A DNA stretch of 64,000 nucleotides from Octopus vulgaris. Lineage: Eukaryota. Shown piece by piece: positions 16,850 through 30,215 of the stretch; the first letter of the stretch is position 1, and each line of letters opens with the position of its first letter. The position numbers and the translations under genes were made by a program. A model generated the notes under the pieces. The model had not been told where the DNA came from. It saw only the letters and a list, made by a program, of their open reading frames with translations, and ran no database searches. Location: NCBI GenBank assembly GCA_951406725.2, contig OX597825.1, positions 84,568,001-84,632,000 of the forward strand. Reading direction: 5' to 3'.

Positions 16850-17540
16850 AATTTCCGACCTGTGGGCTTATGTCGAACCACTGCTGTCATGTGTGGGACG
16901 GGTCGGTTTATCAGCCGAGTCTATCGTCAATATCGTCACGCCTCCTTCCTTCAAACGGTAAAGAAGAGCTATTTTCGTCATCATTGTGGCTATGGCGAAG
17001 GAATGTATCTGGTGGACGCGTCTGAAAGGATTGGAGACAAACACTTTCCTCTCTAGTCAATTTCTCATCAACTTCTTCAAGTACCACTTGAAAAGGAAAG
17101 TGAGAGTAGAGAGGCAAGTTTTGTCTAGCGATTGTTTCAAAAAAGATGGGTGAATGTAGGAAGAATGGCACGTATGAATGACGAAGCCACCTTGAGCATA
17201 ATCCGAAAAATTTAAAACAGAGGGTTACTTACTTGCAAACAAATGTGTTAACATATGACATTATTGACCGAGGTCTTTTCCGTAGGCTTTTCTTTCCACG
17301 GATAACCAAATCTGCTTCCCCCTTTAAACTTTACATCATGACATTTCTGTGATACACGCTCCCAATTGATCGTTTTTTTCTTTTTCTTTTCCTTGCATTT
17401 TTTCTTCAACTTTTTCGTTCCCTTTTGATCGAAAACCTATCCCACCTTTTTTTTATTTTTCTCCCCATAAAGAAAAGCTCTACTTTGCAATCTGTCCCGT
17501 TTATGTGCAGCCCCGTGTGGCTAATACAGAAACATATATT
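16850..17540 (+). mobile_element. Highly degenerate LINE 3' end (RT C-terminus + 3' UTR)
   Basis: Residual CCHVWDG, L.WRRNV, FPRIT motifs; 3' UTR 17410-17537 homologous to 32701-32816 (minus). Confidence 0.45.
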
Positions 17541-18266
17541 TGGCAACTTATAAAAATATGAAGGGTACTAAGGCTGGCATGAGGCCAGCCATTTAAGGAA
17601 ATAATGAAATTGGCACCAGTAAATACCTAGTACATGTTTTATCAATCTTTAAAAGGGGACAAGGAACGAAGTGCTCGTCATTGCAAGTAAATACGGCAAG
17701 ATAGATTAATCAAAGTTATGTCTACTGATAAAGAAATGCGATATAAAATTATTTTATGGTTCCATGCCAAGATACGGTGTAAATCAATAGAAAACTTGTC
17801 GAGATAGCTATTAAAAGGCTTTTAATCACACTGCTAACACAAGCAGGACACAGTGTTATCATATAAGCCTTTAATATACTTGGTTGCATATTATGATTGC
17901 CAACGAAATGTGGTGTCCCTATAATCAATTAGCAATTAAAGGTATTTTGTGAATCTATGGATTTTGTTACGGAAAGGAGAGAACCTTCAAAAAATTCCGG
18001 AGTGAGGCCACGTAGGCGGTTTAGTGTTCGACTCGATACTCCTGCAACCAAGCTGTTGTCAAACGTAATGCTCTGCACTCCATTGGACTACGTCAGCAAG
18101 GCCGAGAGAAGAATCCTGGCTACCCAGGATTTTCTTACATCTAGCCCAGGTCTGCGCAAAACTGAAGAGGACAATATGAAATGTAAAACCAGACTGGAAT
18201 ATTTTATTTGCAACTCCAATGTCTCCCGAAACAAAATGATGCCAACACCAACAACAAATATATACA

Positions 18267-18420
18267 TCGGGGTTCTTGCTTCTTTCAGTTTCCGACCACG
18301 ATTTCCTGTCACAAGGCTTTGGTAAGCCCAAGGCTATACGGGGACTCACTTGCTTAAGGATTCGCGCCGTGGGTTTGAACCAAGAACAATTTGACTGAAA
18401 AGCAAATTTATTTCTACCCA
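18267..18420 (-). mobile_element. SINE family B, degenerate 5' half
   Basis: GCTTCTTTCAGTTTCCG..CACAAGGCTTTGGT..CCCAAGGCTATA. Confidence 0.55.
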
Positions 18421-18885
18421 TATTTCTGTACATAAACACATATCGGAATTAATGATTCATGTAACGATAATGAGTAATGTGACGTCATTACCAAACTAAG
18501 CGTAGAGTACTCAATACCAGATGAAGGATTAATACCTTGCGGTGTTTTATTATCAACATATCAGTTTAAATTCGACAATGGATCGATTTTAACTTTTACC
18601 ACTCTGGTATCGATAATATTAAGAAACATAATATATTAGCATCAAATAAATATAGAGGAACCCAACTTTTAAAATGGTTGGACTTGTACTAAAAGAAAGA
18701 TAATAAAAAATCAATATTTTGCTATCAAGAAAAATATAACAAGAATATCGATGACATTTGTTTGGTTCAATTTTTTCCATTTTCATTTTCTATAAACATC
18801 CCACAAAATAATATATATATATGGCTGTGTGCATGCATGTATGTATTTATGTATGTATATATATGTGTGTGTATATATACATATA

Positions 18886-18941
<56 letters not shown>

Positions 18942-19112
18942 AAAACGATGTAGTCAAAATTTGAATAAAACCTATTTATTTAGCACGGTCGTCACTTTGA
19001 GGAAATCATCGTGAATAATTTATTTTATAGAAAATTCATACGTTTTGAGAGTTGAAAAAAATATGGAGCTGCATTTCACTCTAGATTTTTGAACTGAAAC
19101 ACAAACAGACAC

Positions 19113-19151
<39 letters not shown>

Positions 19152-19609
19152 AAAAGTATGACTTTTCTATAACAAAAATTATTTATGACGTATCCCTGAA
19201 AAAAGCGAAACAGCTAAATAGTTTTTAGCCAGATTCTGACGACCTCCTTTTCCTTAATATTTGAAACCGGTACACTGCTGCAAATAATCTGTATATACTT
19301 GCATACATACATACATACATACATATATATATATATACATACATACATACATACATGCATGCATGCATGCATACATACATAAATACATACATACATACAT
19401 ACATGCATACATACATAAATACATACATACATAAATGCATGCATACATGCCTACAAACATACGTAGTACAAACATACATACATATATACATACATACATA
19501 CATACATACAAACATATAAGCATACAAACATACAAACATACATACATACATACAAACATACATACACAAACACACAAACGCATCTTTTATCTTTTATTCT
19601 TCGCTAATT

Positions 19610-19980
19610 TTAGTAATTTAACTGTGGCCATGCTGGGGCACCACATGCTAATTTTACTTTGTCGAATGAATGAACTCTTGTACTAATTTTTTTAAAAAGG
19701 CAGTTACATATTTTATTGGAGGCTTTCACTGAACCGCTACATTACAGAGACGTAAACACACGAACACCGGTAGTGAAGCGATAGTTGGAAAGAAACACAC
19801 ACACACACACAAACATGTACATACATATACTACTGGCTTCTCTTCAGTTTCTTTCGACCATGTCCACTAATAAGGCTTTGGTAAGCTCGATGCTATATTA
19901 TATGATACTTGACCAATGTGTTACTGAACCGGGTAACATGTGGTTGGGCAATGAACTTCTTGCCACATAGCTACGCCTGC
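19610..19980 (-). mobile_element. SINE family B, degenerate
   Basis: ACTGTGGCCATGCTGGGGCACC...GAACCGCTA...GACGTAAACAC...GAACCGGGTAACATGTGGTTGG. Confidence 0.6.
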
Positions 19981-20051
19981 ATCTATATAAACGCATACGA
20001 GTGTGTGTTTTGCTCTGTGTGCATTCATCAGTATCAGTGCTTGCGCACACA

Positions 20052-20087
<36 letters not shown>

Positions 20088-21614
20088 AGTGTGTGTGAAG
20101 AAGATTGTTACCTAGCTTAGTTGATAGCAAAAGGGGCTGACTGCTACCTAGCTCAGATATCAGGAAACCCAAAAAATGGCAGAAATTAAAAAACGGAATA
20201 GATGCCAAGAAAAGTGCAATGCCAACCACCACCACCACCACCACCACCACCACCACCACCACTACCACCACCACGGTCACCAGCATCATTACATTATCAA
20301 TATCTTCCTCTTCCTTCTCCTCCCATTCCACCCCCTCATCAACAACATTATCACCCCAAGAATCACTAATATTGCTTAAGATGCCACCACCATCCGCCAA
20401 GATGAACCACCATCGACTTAATTTTTCTTATCAAATACTTTCTCTTTTTTCTTGTATTATATCCTTAAAGATTATTCAATATCTTTCAACAGCTGGAAAT
20501 TGAACTTGCAAGGGCCAACAATTATCTGAAGTTTCTTATCGATCATTTAATACATCAAAGCCAATCACCAGAGTGTAATCGATACATCAAGAACTGATCG
20601 AACATTTTTGGTGCAATTATAGAACATAATGGACGATCAAATGTCCATTTTGGCAAGTAAATGAGACCCAGTAGAGGACTTTTCGAATACGCCATCTTGC
20701 AAGAGATGTGTGTGTACACATACACACACACACACACACACTCACACACACACACACACAAACTCGCGTGCACACACACACACACATCGTACATTATTAC
20801 CACGCTGGAATAATCCAGATCTGGCTAACCACATCGAATGATAGATCTCTACTGTCATATAACTTGAGTTTGTATGATCGTTCACCTAGACTATATTTTA
20901 AGAAGAACTATCTAATTCTTGAATCATTAGTTCGCGCTTCATCCACCCAGACGCCATAGGAATGTCTAACTTGGATGACTCTTTACTGCAACTGAAACAA
21001 CGAAATGGCCATAAATGCTACATCAAAAGACATGCAGCAGAAACACGTGTCAGGTTAGGATTTTAATGTGAATTTAATGAGAATAATACTATAATAAACA
21101 AACTATTAACATGTATACTTCTCCATTCTTCTTCATTATGTCTATCTATCTATCTTTCTTTCTATCCCATCCATCCATCCAACCATCCGTCTATTTATCT
21201 ATCTATCTATCTATTTATTTAGATTTGTTAATACTTTAAAATTACCGTGTTGTGGCACTACTGGGGTACAGCCTTTAAAGATATAGTTTATTATACTGAT
21301 CATAGGAATGGAGTAAATTAGAACATGTCTAATCTGTTTATGAATGAGACTTGTTCCTTCGAGACAAGAGGAGCAGAAAGATCACGAAAAACATCGACTT
21401 GTAAATAACAGTCACACATTTTTGTAACCTCAGTGGTTAAATTTAAAAGGGTAGTTATATAAATGACGCACTCTGTATACATATTGGTACAAGCGCATAC
21501 TCACTCACTCATACTAATGCTCACAAATATACTTGCACATAGTATCAAAAGAATGAGCTTGATCGTCTCTCGGTTTCAACGCTAAGCTACTTTCATATGT
21601 CATTCTGCATAAAA

Positions 21615-21905
21615 AATGGATCTACAAATACAATATCCCTACATATGTTTCATCTATTTTCTTTCCTCCATCACACTCTCTATTTTGTATCCTATCTAAA
21701 CTATTACTTAACCATCCTCTCTGATGAAGAGATATTATTAATAAATATCCTGGAAACAGCTGTAAAGCCTTCTATCTATAAATGTTCTATCTACAGAGCA
21801 TTGGTTTTTTATCGCATTACGCAAAAAATTCTTATATATAATACATTTGTTTATTTGTACTCCACCTGCCTTCGTCTTTTGTTTATTTTCGTAAACATTC
21901 CCGTT
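21615..21905 (+). mobile_element. Solo copy of the same HHR-bearing pLTR-like family
   Basis: Colinear with 55177-55415 (ATGGATCTACAAAT.CAATATCCCTACATAT...GAAACAGCTGTA...); ends at (TA)n. Confidence 0.7.
21717..21768 (+). ncRNA. Hammerhead motif with degraded stem I
   Basis: CTGATGA-agaGATAT..ATATCctg-GAAA-CAGCTG-TA; homologous to the 54570 copy. Confidence 0.6.
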
Positions 21906-23206
21906 ATATATATATGTGTATACAGAGAGAGAGAGAGAGAGAGAGATTTAAATGTGCATATGAATATATGTTTGTGCATGGACATAAGCAATTTGAAGAC
22001 CATTGTTCCATTGTAAACATCCCGACTCGTCACACACATATATAGAGATAAATTTAGCACATACACTTATATTTATGTCTTCACAAACGCAGGCGCAAAC
22101 ACATCGCACGTCTATAGGTCCCCAAAAGCAAGCAAGCGCGGACGCAGACGCACACCCACTCATCCACAATCACAATCACACATGTTTATTCATTTAGAAA
22201 GGATGTACAGGCGTTTATACTTCCGCATGCTTCCTCACACATACAAATACATACCCATATACATATACACATAATGCTTTGAAGTATGTTTTCTAAATTT
22301 TCTCTTGTTCATATGCTGGGAATTCCGCCCAAACCTCATCAAGTGGCGATGAAATAAGGTGCCAATAAAGACCCACTTTATTACACATATACTACCAAAA
22401 AACAAAACAATACAAAAGCCTGGATCAAAAAGGTGTGAGTAGTGCGCTGGATCTGATGTTTCCATATATTGATGTACGGCCTGCTTCTTATTCTATGACA
22501 ATTAACAGAACTGAAGGTTATGTCAACCGATCTGTTATGAGCTGAATCACAAATCACTGCTTTTGAAAAATGTTGATCGATAAGCTAGTAATTCAATATT
22601 TATATCGTTATTTGCTAGTACGGGGATGATATTTAATATTGTTATTATATTTCCCAATCTTTCTATCCAACAATATTACATATTAAATTAAAAGGTGTTT
22701 GTGTTTGTATTAGAAAACAATATTTTATCCGAGAATGGTAAAATCAAGCATTAAATTTCATTTCCTTTCAGAAATAATTAAATTTCTTCAAGAAACACAA
22801 TTTACTTGTAACCAAAGAATTTAAAGAATTGAAATCTCAGAATTCATGAGATATTTCGATATGTTCATTCGTTTTCATAACTTTCTATTTTTGTTGTTGT
22901 TCTTTTCGTCATTTTCTCAGAGGAAGAATTACATTACTTATGGTTTTATAAATTTGAAGGCTTCGAAAATTGGAAGGAGAAAGACAGGAAATCATGCTGA
23001 AATAGGAAACCTGACCCAGTTGTTTGCCAAGAATGAGGAACTCTGCTAGGAATAGACAAGGAACATAGAATGGTGTTCAACTGGCGAAAATGTCTGCAAA
23101 TTAATATCTCAGAATACACAGCTAACAGTATGAATGTATAAATATATGTAGACATGTGTATGTGTATATATATATATATATATATATTAATTTATTATAT
23201 AGAAGG

Positions 23207-23257
23207 AGCTTCTACAGGACTAGTACTGTTTCATTCAAGAGAAATCTTCAGGAAGCT
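23207..23257 (-). ncRNA. Type I hammerhead ribozyme, identical copy in left arm
   Basis: Exact reverse complement of 30945-30995. Confidence 0.85.
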
Positions 23258-23976
23258 ATTTAACAAGAATTGTATTAGCATTTATACATTTAGGCAGGTT
23301 TAAAGGAGTGGTGGTGGGGGACTTTTTTGGGGGTAGGCATAGCGCAAAATATCATACTTGGGGGAGTGGTCAAGGAGTCAGTGGTAAGTTAGATGAAAGA
23401 ATAGATAAATAAAAAAATAAAATAATAAAATAAAAAAATAAAAAAATAAAAAAATAAAATAATAAAAAAATAAAAAAATAAAAAAATAAAAAAATAAAAA
23501 ATATATATAAAAAATATATATATAAAAAAATATATATATAAAAAAAAGGGGGGATAGAGTTATAGGTAAATAAGGAGATTCTCACTTGTACCTATACACA
23601 CATGTATACGTATCTACACACATATATATACTCATATATATATACACATATATATATATATATACACATATACATATATACACATATACATACATATCTA
23701 CATACACACATACATACACCCGCCCACATATACAAATTTATACACATGCACATGCATATACCTGTCTACACATACACACACGTATATATGCATACACTCA
23801 CTCCCATGCATGCACGCATACACACATGTATACATATACACACGACCACACATACATATATACACAGAAAAATATATATTCATACGCACATACACTCATG
23901 CACACACAACACACCTAGTTCCCTATATACACATATTTACACCTATATATACATACACCCACATACACATATGTAC

Positions 23977-24009
<33 letters not shown>

Positions 24010-24110
24010 CATATACACGCATACATATATATACATGTGTGCACATACATACATATACACATATACATACACACACACATACACATGTGTACCTATACAT
24101 ACCTACACAT

Positions 24111-24159
<49 letters not shown>

Positions 24160-24552
24160 CCAATACAGGCCCATTCCCTAATTTTAATTTTATTATCTTC
24201 ATTTATTACTTTTGTTATCTTTGATCGCTAGAGCTAAGGATCCTGGCTATGGCAGCATGTCCATTTGTCTGTCTACTAGAAGGCAAGTACTCATTCCCGC
24301 ACGCACACTCATTAGCACGTACATTCACCCATTCGTACACTCATACACATACACGTACGCACGCGTTATATTCATACATACAAACATCTACATACGTTCA
24401 CGTATATACACATACGTACTCGTACCTACAGATTCGTGTCTACACTTTAGGAGGCTAGTCTATACATATACACCAATAAATATACATATATATATATATA
24501 TACACATATACATACACACACACACATATACTCCTACATACAGATACATACC

Positions 24553-24604
<52 letters not shown>

Positions 24605-24806
24605 CATACACACACACACATATATATACACACACATACATACACATATATATACATACACAAACATATATACACACATATATATATATATACACACATA
24701 CACACACATACATACATATACACACAAACACATACATACGTATACATACATACATACATCCATACATCCATACTTACATGCATTTATACGCATACACACA
24801 CCCCCA

Positions 24807-24843
<37 letters not shown>

Positions 24844-25354
24844 TCACACATACATATACAAATATACGCACACACATACATACATACACGTATACGCATA
24901 CACGCACATACACATATACATGCGTACCCATACACGTGCACACACGCACGTGCATCCATATATATACACACACACACATATATACACGTGTGCAAGCATA
25001 CATACATACTCATACACGCCCACATACTTACATATACATATATGCACACACTTACACACATATATACATACACATATACATGCATACATACATATATGCA
25101 TACATACACATACACGCACATACACATATACATGCGTACCCATACACGTGCACACACGCACCCGCATCCATATATATACACACACACACATATATATACA
25201 CGTGTGCAAGCATACATACATACTCATACACGCACACATACTTACATATACATATATGCACACACTTACACACATATATACATACACATATACACATACA
25301 TACATATATGCATACATACACACACGCGCACATATATATATATATATATATATA

Positions 25355-25557
25355 CAGGTTTGTAAGGAAATAACTATAAAGCATACATACATATATGCAT
25401 ACATACACACACGCTGCGTTAGTTTTCAATTATGACATTGGGCTATGTGTGTGTCAAGTTTCATCAGAATCGGTTGAAAGCCGTGGTCAGGGTGAGGGTA
25501 CAAGCAAACAGACACACAGAAACACGCACAGACAAACTGCCGTTTATATAGAGAGAG

Positions 25558-25559
<2 letters not shown>
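25355..25559 (-). mobile_element. Helitron-like insertion present only in the left PLE arm
   Basis: Absent from right arm; minus strand starts TCTCTCTATATAAACGGCAG...AACCGATTCTGATGAAACTTG and ends TGCTTTATAGTTATTTCCTTACAAACC, resembling the subterminal sequence of the 31500 Helitron. Confidence 0.6.
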
Positions 25560-25606
<47 letters not shown>

Positions 25607-25779
25607 CATACACATACATATACATACACACATACATATACATACACATACACATACGTACATATATATATATATACACACATATATACACATATACACA
25701 TACATATATACACATATACATACATATACATACACACACACATACATATATACATATACACTGATACACATACCCATAC

Positions 25780-25814
<35 letters not shown>

Positions 25815-25897
25815 TATACACATGCATATACTTATATCTCTACATACTCACATATAAACATATATACATATACACACACATATATATACATGTACAT

Positions 25898-25940
<43 letters not shown>

Positions 25941-26872
25941 CATATATACATATATATATATACACACACACACACATACATATACACATATACATGTATA
26001 CATACGCAATAATGATACACATATATACACATACACACACACAGACAGATGCATATACATACATATATATATAAATTACATATCTATATAAATACATACA
26101 TAATACACATATACACACACATATATATACATGCATATACATATACAAATATACATACACATACATACACACACACGCGCGCACATACATATACACACAC
26201 ACATATACAAATACATACATACACACATACACACACACACATATATACATACATGTACACATATACATATATATATATATCAACAAGGGAGGGTAAAGTT
26301 AATTAGTTATTAATCAATTTCACCAAGTATTCAGTATGTAAAGGGACCATTATTATTTTGAGTAAACAATGTTAGAGGGAAAAAAATTCTCTAAGTAGTG
26401 GAAGGGGCTAAAAAACTTTATTGGCTGCTATTTCTAGAAAGTTTAGTATGTGGCAAAGTAATTTATTTTATTTTACTAAGCCCTAATTATATAATATTTT
26501 ATACATACATACACATACATGAACACATACATTTACACATACATATGCATATACGTATATACACATATACATACAAACACATATACATATATACACACAC
26601 ACACACATACAAGCACATACATATATATACATATATATACACATATGCAAATATATATACATATATATATTTTTACATGCATACATACACACACACACAC
26701 ATAATACATGCGTATATTCCTACTGTACCCATGCATTTCTATACATATATACATACATACGATACACATATACAAGCGTGCACATACAATATGTGAAAGG
26801 TCTTAGGAGAAAAGGTAATCGGGGGTGCTAGGGGAACAGTGGGGTTGGGGGTGGTTGTAGGGGGGGTTGTCA

Positions 26873-27506
26873 TCAATCAGGTTGCCGGGTAGGTCTATAG
26901 TTCTTGTAGTTCGCATACTTCTTATGCATGCAATTTGGGGAGTGTTCTGAAAATTTGTTAAGGAGAGGGCCTTTGGCGAACAAGATCTCTAGGCTCTCTG
27001 ATATGCATAGGTCACAGCAGGTATGTCCTCCTGTGTACGAGCGCGCCTTCTGTAGTAGTTTCCACTTGGTCTTGAAGGGGATTGAGTTCCTTTTAAGGTA
27101 CCAGATGTGGGCGGCGAGGGTAGTTTGGTTGGATTTATCCTGTCGCCGGAACGAGTGTGTATGTGCGTACCAGCGGGTCTTAAAGCTGTTTGACGTCATT
27201 CCAATGTAGGATTTACTTTTATCGTCAAGGCCTGATCTTACCTCGCATTTATATACTAGGTCCCTCTGTAGGCAGTTGTTGTTGAGGGGGCAGGTGGTTT
27301 TATCATGGCAGTTGCAACTGCTATCGGACGTTGGATGGGCCCCGGAGAAAGTAGATATGTTAAGTTTTTTCACATTGTTGTTGGCTAGGTTCCTGGCTAG
27401 ATTGGGCGTGGTAGAGTAGGAGAGTCTAATAGTGTTCTTATTTAGGATAGTGTAGTACTTATGTTGGGTGGGGAAGTGTTTCTGTAGGAGAGTGAAAAGA
27501 TCTTAG
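26873..27506 (-). CDS. PLE linker + GIY-YIG endonuclease (C-terminal part of the same ORF)
   Basis: Provided ORF 26873-27373: CNC..CPL...C Cys cluster, LVYKCEV...YIGMT...FKTRWYAH, TTLAAHIW, CDLCISE. Same frame reads upstream as LLQKHFPTQHKYYTILNKNTIRLSYSTTPNL. Confidence 0.9.
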
Positions 27507-28472
27507 CTACAGGTGTAGCGACCTCACGGTTGAAGGGGGGTTGTACCAGCTAATGTGTCTTCGTCTATTTTTCCTGGGTTGGCGTGGGGCTATACTAGTG
27601 TAGGTAATCTTATCTTTAAAACCACTGCGGGCCAGGGCCTCGTTGTAATAGGGGGCTGCGGCTTTAAAGATATCTTCCGTGGCGGACAGGCTAGAGATTC
27701 TAATTGAGACACTTTTTACTAGGTTATCTAATATATTTTTGGGGTGGTTGGAATTGATATCTATATATCTAAGGGATTCATTTGGTTTGTGGTACGGGTA
27801 ATAAAGTGAGGTTTTTAAGTCGAGGGTGACATCGAGGAAGTTAGCCTTTGTTAAGTTGGATTCTAGGGTAATCCTAAGGCCTAAGTTTTTAAAGAAGGTG
27901 TGAAGATTTTTCCGGAACCCATCTGTGGTCCTGGGGTTTATATTGTGGAGGGCGAAAAGGCCGTCATCTCGGTAAAGACCACCGGAGAGGCCTGTGAATA
28001 GGGTTTTCAGCCTATGGAGGATGAAAAGGCCCACTAGGTCACTTATTTCAGCAGAGTCGTTAGCACCCATGCTGACGTCGAAGGGGGTCACAGATTTTTT
28101 GTTGATCCAGTGGGATCCGTCATAGAAAAGAAAAGTCTTACGTGCGTGGAGGATCACATCTTGCTCGGCCTCGGTGATGGTGGAGGACCTCCTGGCGAAG
28201 TTAATCGCATCGATCAGCAAGCTCTCCGATATAGAGGCGTAGTAATCCTCGATATCCAGTTGTAGGAATCGGGTGTTGCTTTTATCTGGTAAATCCCGGA
28301 ACCAGGTTATTGCCTCGGAGGTCCTATTCCAGAGTGGAAGGGGTGAGGCTTCACGCATTTTTGGTAAAATCCTGTCCAGGATCTTCTTGCTGACGGATCC
28401 GATGTCAGACTTGGTTGGGTTAATCAAACGGACCGACGGTTTATTTTCGAAATGGTCTACATATCCTAGCAC
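27507..28472 (-). CDS. PLE reverse transcriptase, 5'-truncated and frameshifted at its C-terminus
   Basis: Motifs RLINPTKSDIG, FLQLDIEDYYASI, DVSMGANDSAEISDLVGL, GLYRDDG, NFLDVTLDL, YHKP..SNHP, and WYNPP at the RT-EN linker; no real start codon context. Confidence 0.92.
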   Translation of the reverse strand: MLGYVDHFENKPSVRLINPTKSDIGSVSKKILDRILPKMREASPLPLWNRTSEAITWFRDLPDKSNTRFLQLDIEDYYASISESLLIDAINFARRSSTITEAEQDVILHARKTFLFYDGSHWINKKSVTPFDVSMGANDSAEISDLVGLFILHRLKTLFTGLSGGLYRDDGLFALHNINPRTTDGFRKNLHTFFKNLGLRITLESNLTKANFLDVTLDLKTSLYYPYHKPNESLRYIDINSNHPKNILDNLVKSVSIRISSLSATEDIFKAAAPYYNEALARSGFKDKITYTSIAPRQPRKNRRRHISWYNPPSTVRSLHL

Positions 28473-28541
28473 ACCCTAGTGCCCTTATAACCATCACCAA
28501 GAAAAATGCTGACAAGAATCGACCTCGATACTTCCCTGAAG

Positions 28542-28581
28542 TATGTGAGTATGTAGAGATATAAGTATATGCATGTGTATA

Positions 28582-28625
<44 letters not shown>

Positions 28626-28793
28626 GGTATGTGTATCAGTGTATATGTATATATGTATGTGTGTGTGTATGTATATGTATGTATATGTGTATATATGTAT
28701 GTGTATATGTGTATATATGTGTGTATATATATATATATGTACGTATGTGTATGTGTATGTATATGTATGTGTGTATGTATATGTATGTGTATG

Positions 28794-28857
<64 letters not shown>

Positions 28858-29346
28858 TGCGCGTGTGTGTATGTATGCATATATGTATGTATGCATGTAT
28901 ATGTGTATGTATATATGTGTGTAAGTGTGTGCATATATGTATATGTAAGTATGTGTGCGTGTATGAGTATGTATGTATGCTTGCACACGTGTATATATAT
29001 GTGTGTGTGTGTATATATATGGATGCGGGTGCGTGTGTGCACGTGTATGGGTACGCATGTATATGTGTATGTGCGTGTATGTGTATGTATGCATATATGT
29101 ATGTATGCATGTATATGTGTATGTATATATGTGTGTAAGTGTGTGCATATATGTATATGTAAGTATGTGGGCGTGTATGAGTATGTATGTATGCTTGCAC
29201 ACGTGTATATATGTGTGTGTGTGTATATATATGGATGCACGTGCGTGTGTGCACGTGTATGGGTACGCATGTATATGTGTATGTGCGTGTATGCGTATAC
29301 GTGTATGTATGTATGTGTGTGCGTATATTTGTATATGTATGTGTGA

Positions 29347-29381
<35 letters not shown>

Positions 29382-29585
29382 TGGGGGTATGTGTATGCGT
29401 ATAAATGCATGTAAGTATGGATGTATGGATGTATGTATGTATGTATACGTATGTATGTGTTTGTGTGTATATGTATGTATGTGTGTGTATGTGTGTATAT
29501 ATATATATATATGTGTGTATATATGTTTGTGTATGTATATATATGTGTATGTATGTGTGTGTATATATATGTGTGTGTGTGTATG

Positions 29586-29639
<54 letters not shown>

Positions 29640-30030
29640 GGTATGTATCTGTATGTAGGAGTATATGTGTGTGTGTGTATGTATATGTGTATATATATAT
29701 ATATGTATATTTATTGGTGTATATGTATAGACTAGCCTCCTAAAGTGTTGACACGAATCTGTAGGTACGAGTACGTATGTGTATATACGTGAACGTATGT
29801 AGATGTTTGTATGTATGAATATAACGCGTGCGTACGTGTATGTGTATGAGTGTACGAATGGGTGAATGTACGTGCTAATGAGTGTGCGTGCGGGAATGAG
29901 TACTTGCCTTCTAGTAGACAGACAAATGGACATGCTGCCATAGCCAGGATCCTTAGCTCTAGCGATCAAAGATAACAAAAGTAATAAATGAAGATAATAA
30001 AATTAAAATTAGGGAATGGGCCTGTATTGG

Positions 30031-30079
<49 letters not shown>

Positions 30080-30184
30080 GTGTATGTGTAGGTATGTATA
30101 GGTACACATGTGTATGTGTGTGTGTATGTATATGTGTATATGTATGTATGTGCACACATGTATATATATGTATGCGTGTATATG

Positions 30185-30215
<31 letters not shown>

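Larger units (their letters stand above)
23186..25854 (-). repeat. Left arm of long inverted repeat (PLE 3' region/pLTR)
   Basis: Unique islands (23186-23590, 24155-24480) and degenerate CA/TA arrays match the reverse complement of 28542-31016 with very few substitutions. Confidence 0.93.

Noticed and set aside
20510-20900. Possible RTE-like LINE remnant (FGAIIEHNGRS); similar weak hint at 13083-13270
   Set aside because: Too degenerate to support without a profile search
24200-24300. SECIS element in the PLE 3' island
   Set aside because: ATGA is present on the element strand but there is no correctly spaced apical AA/helix II, and no in-frame UGA in the ORF
24212-25435. Long 407 aa and 494 aa ORFs (also 28494-29978) in the inverted arms
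   Set aside because: Translations are Y/I/H/T runs from CA/TA repeats, which lack stop codons by composition; no domain signal
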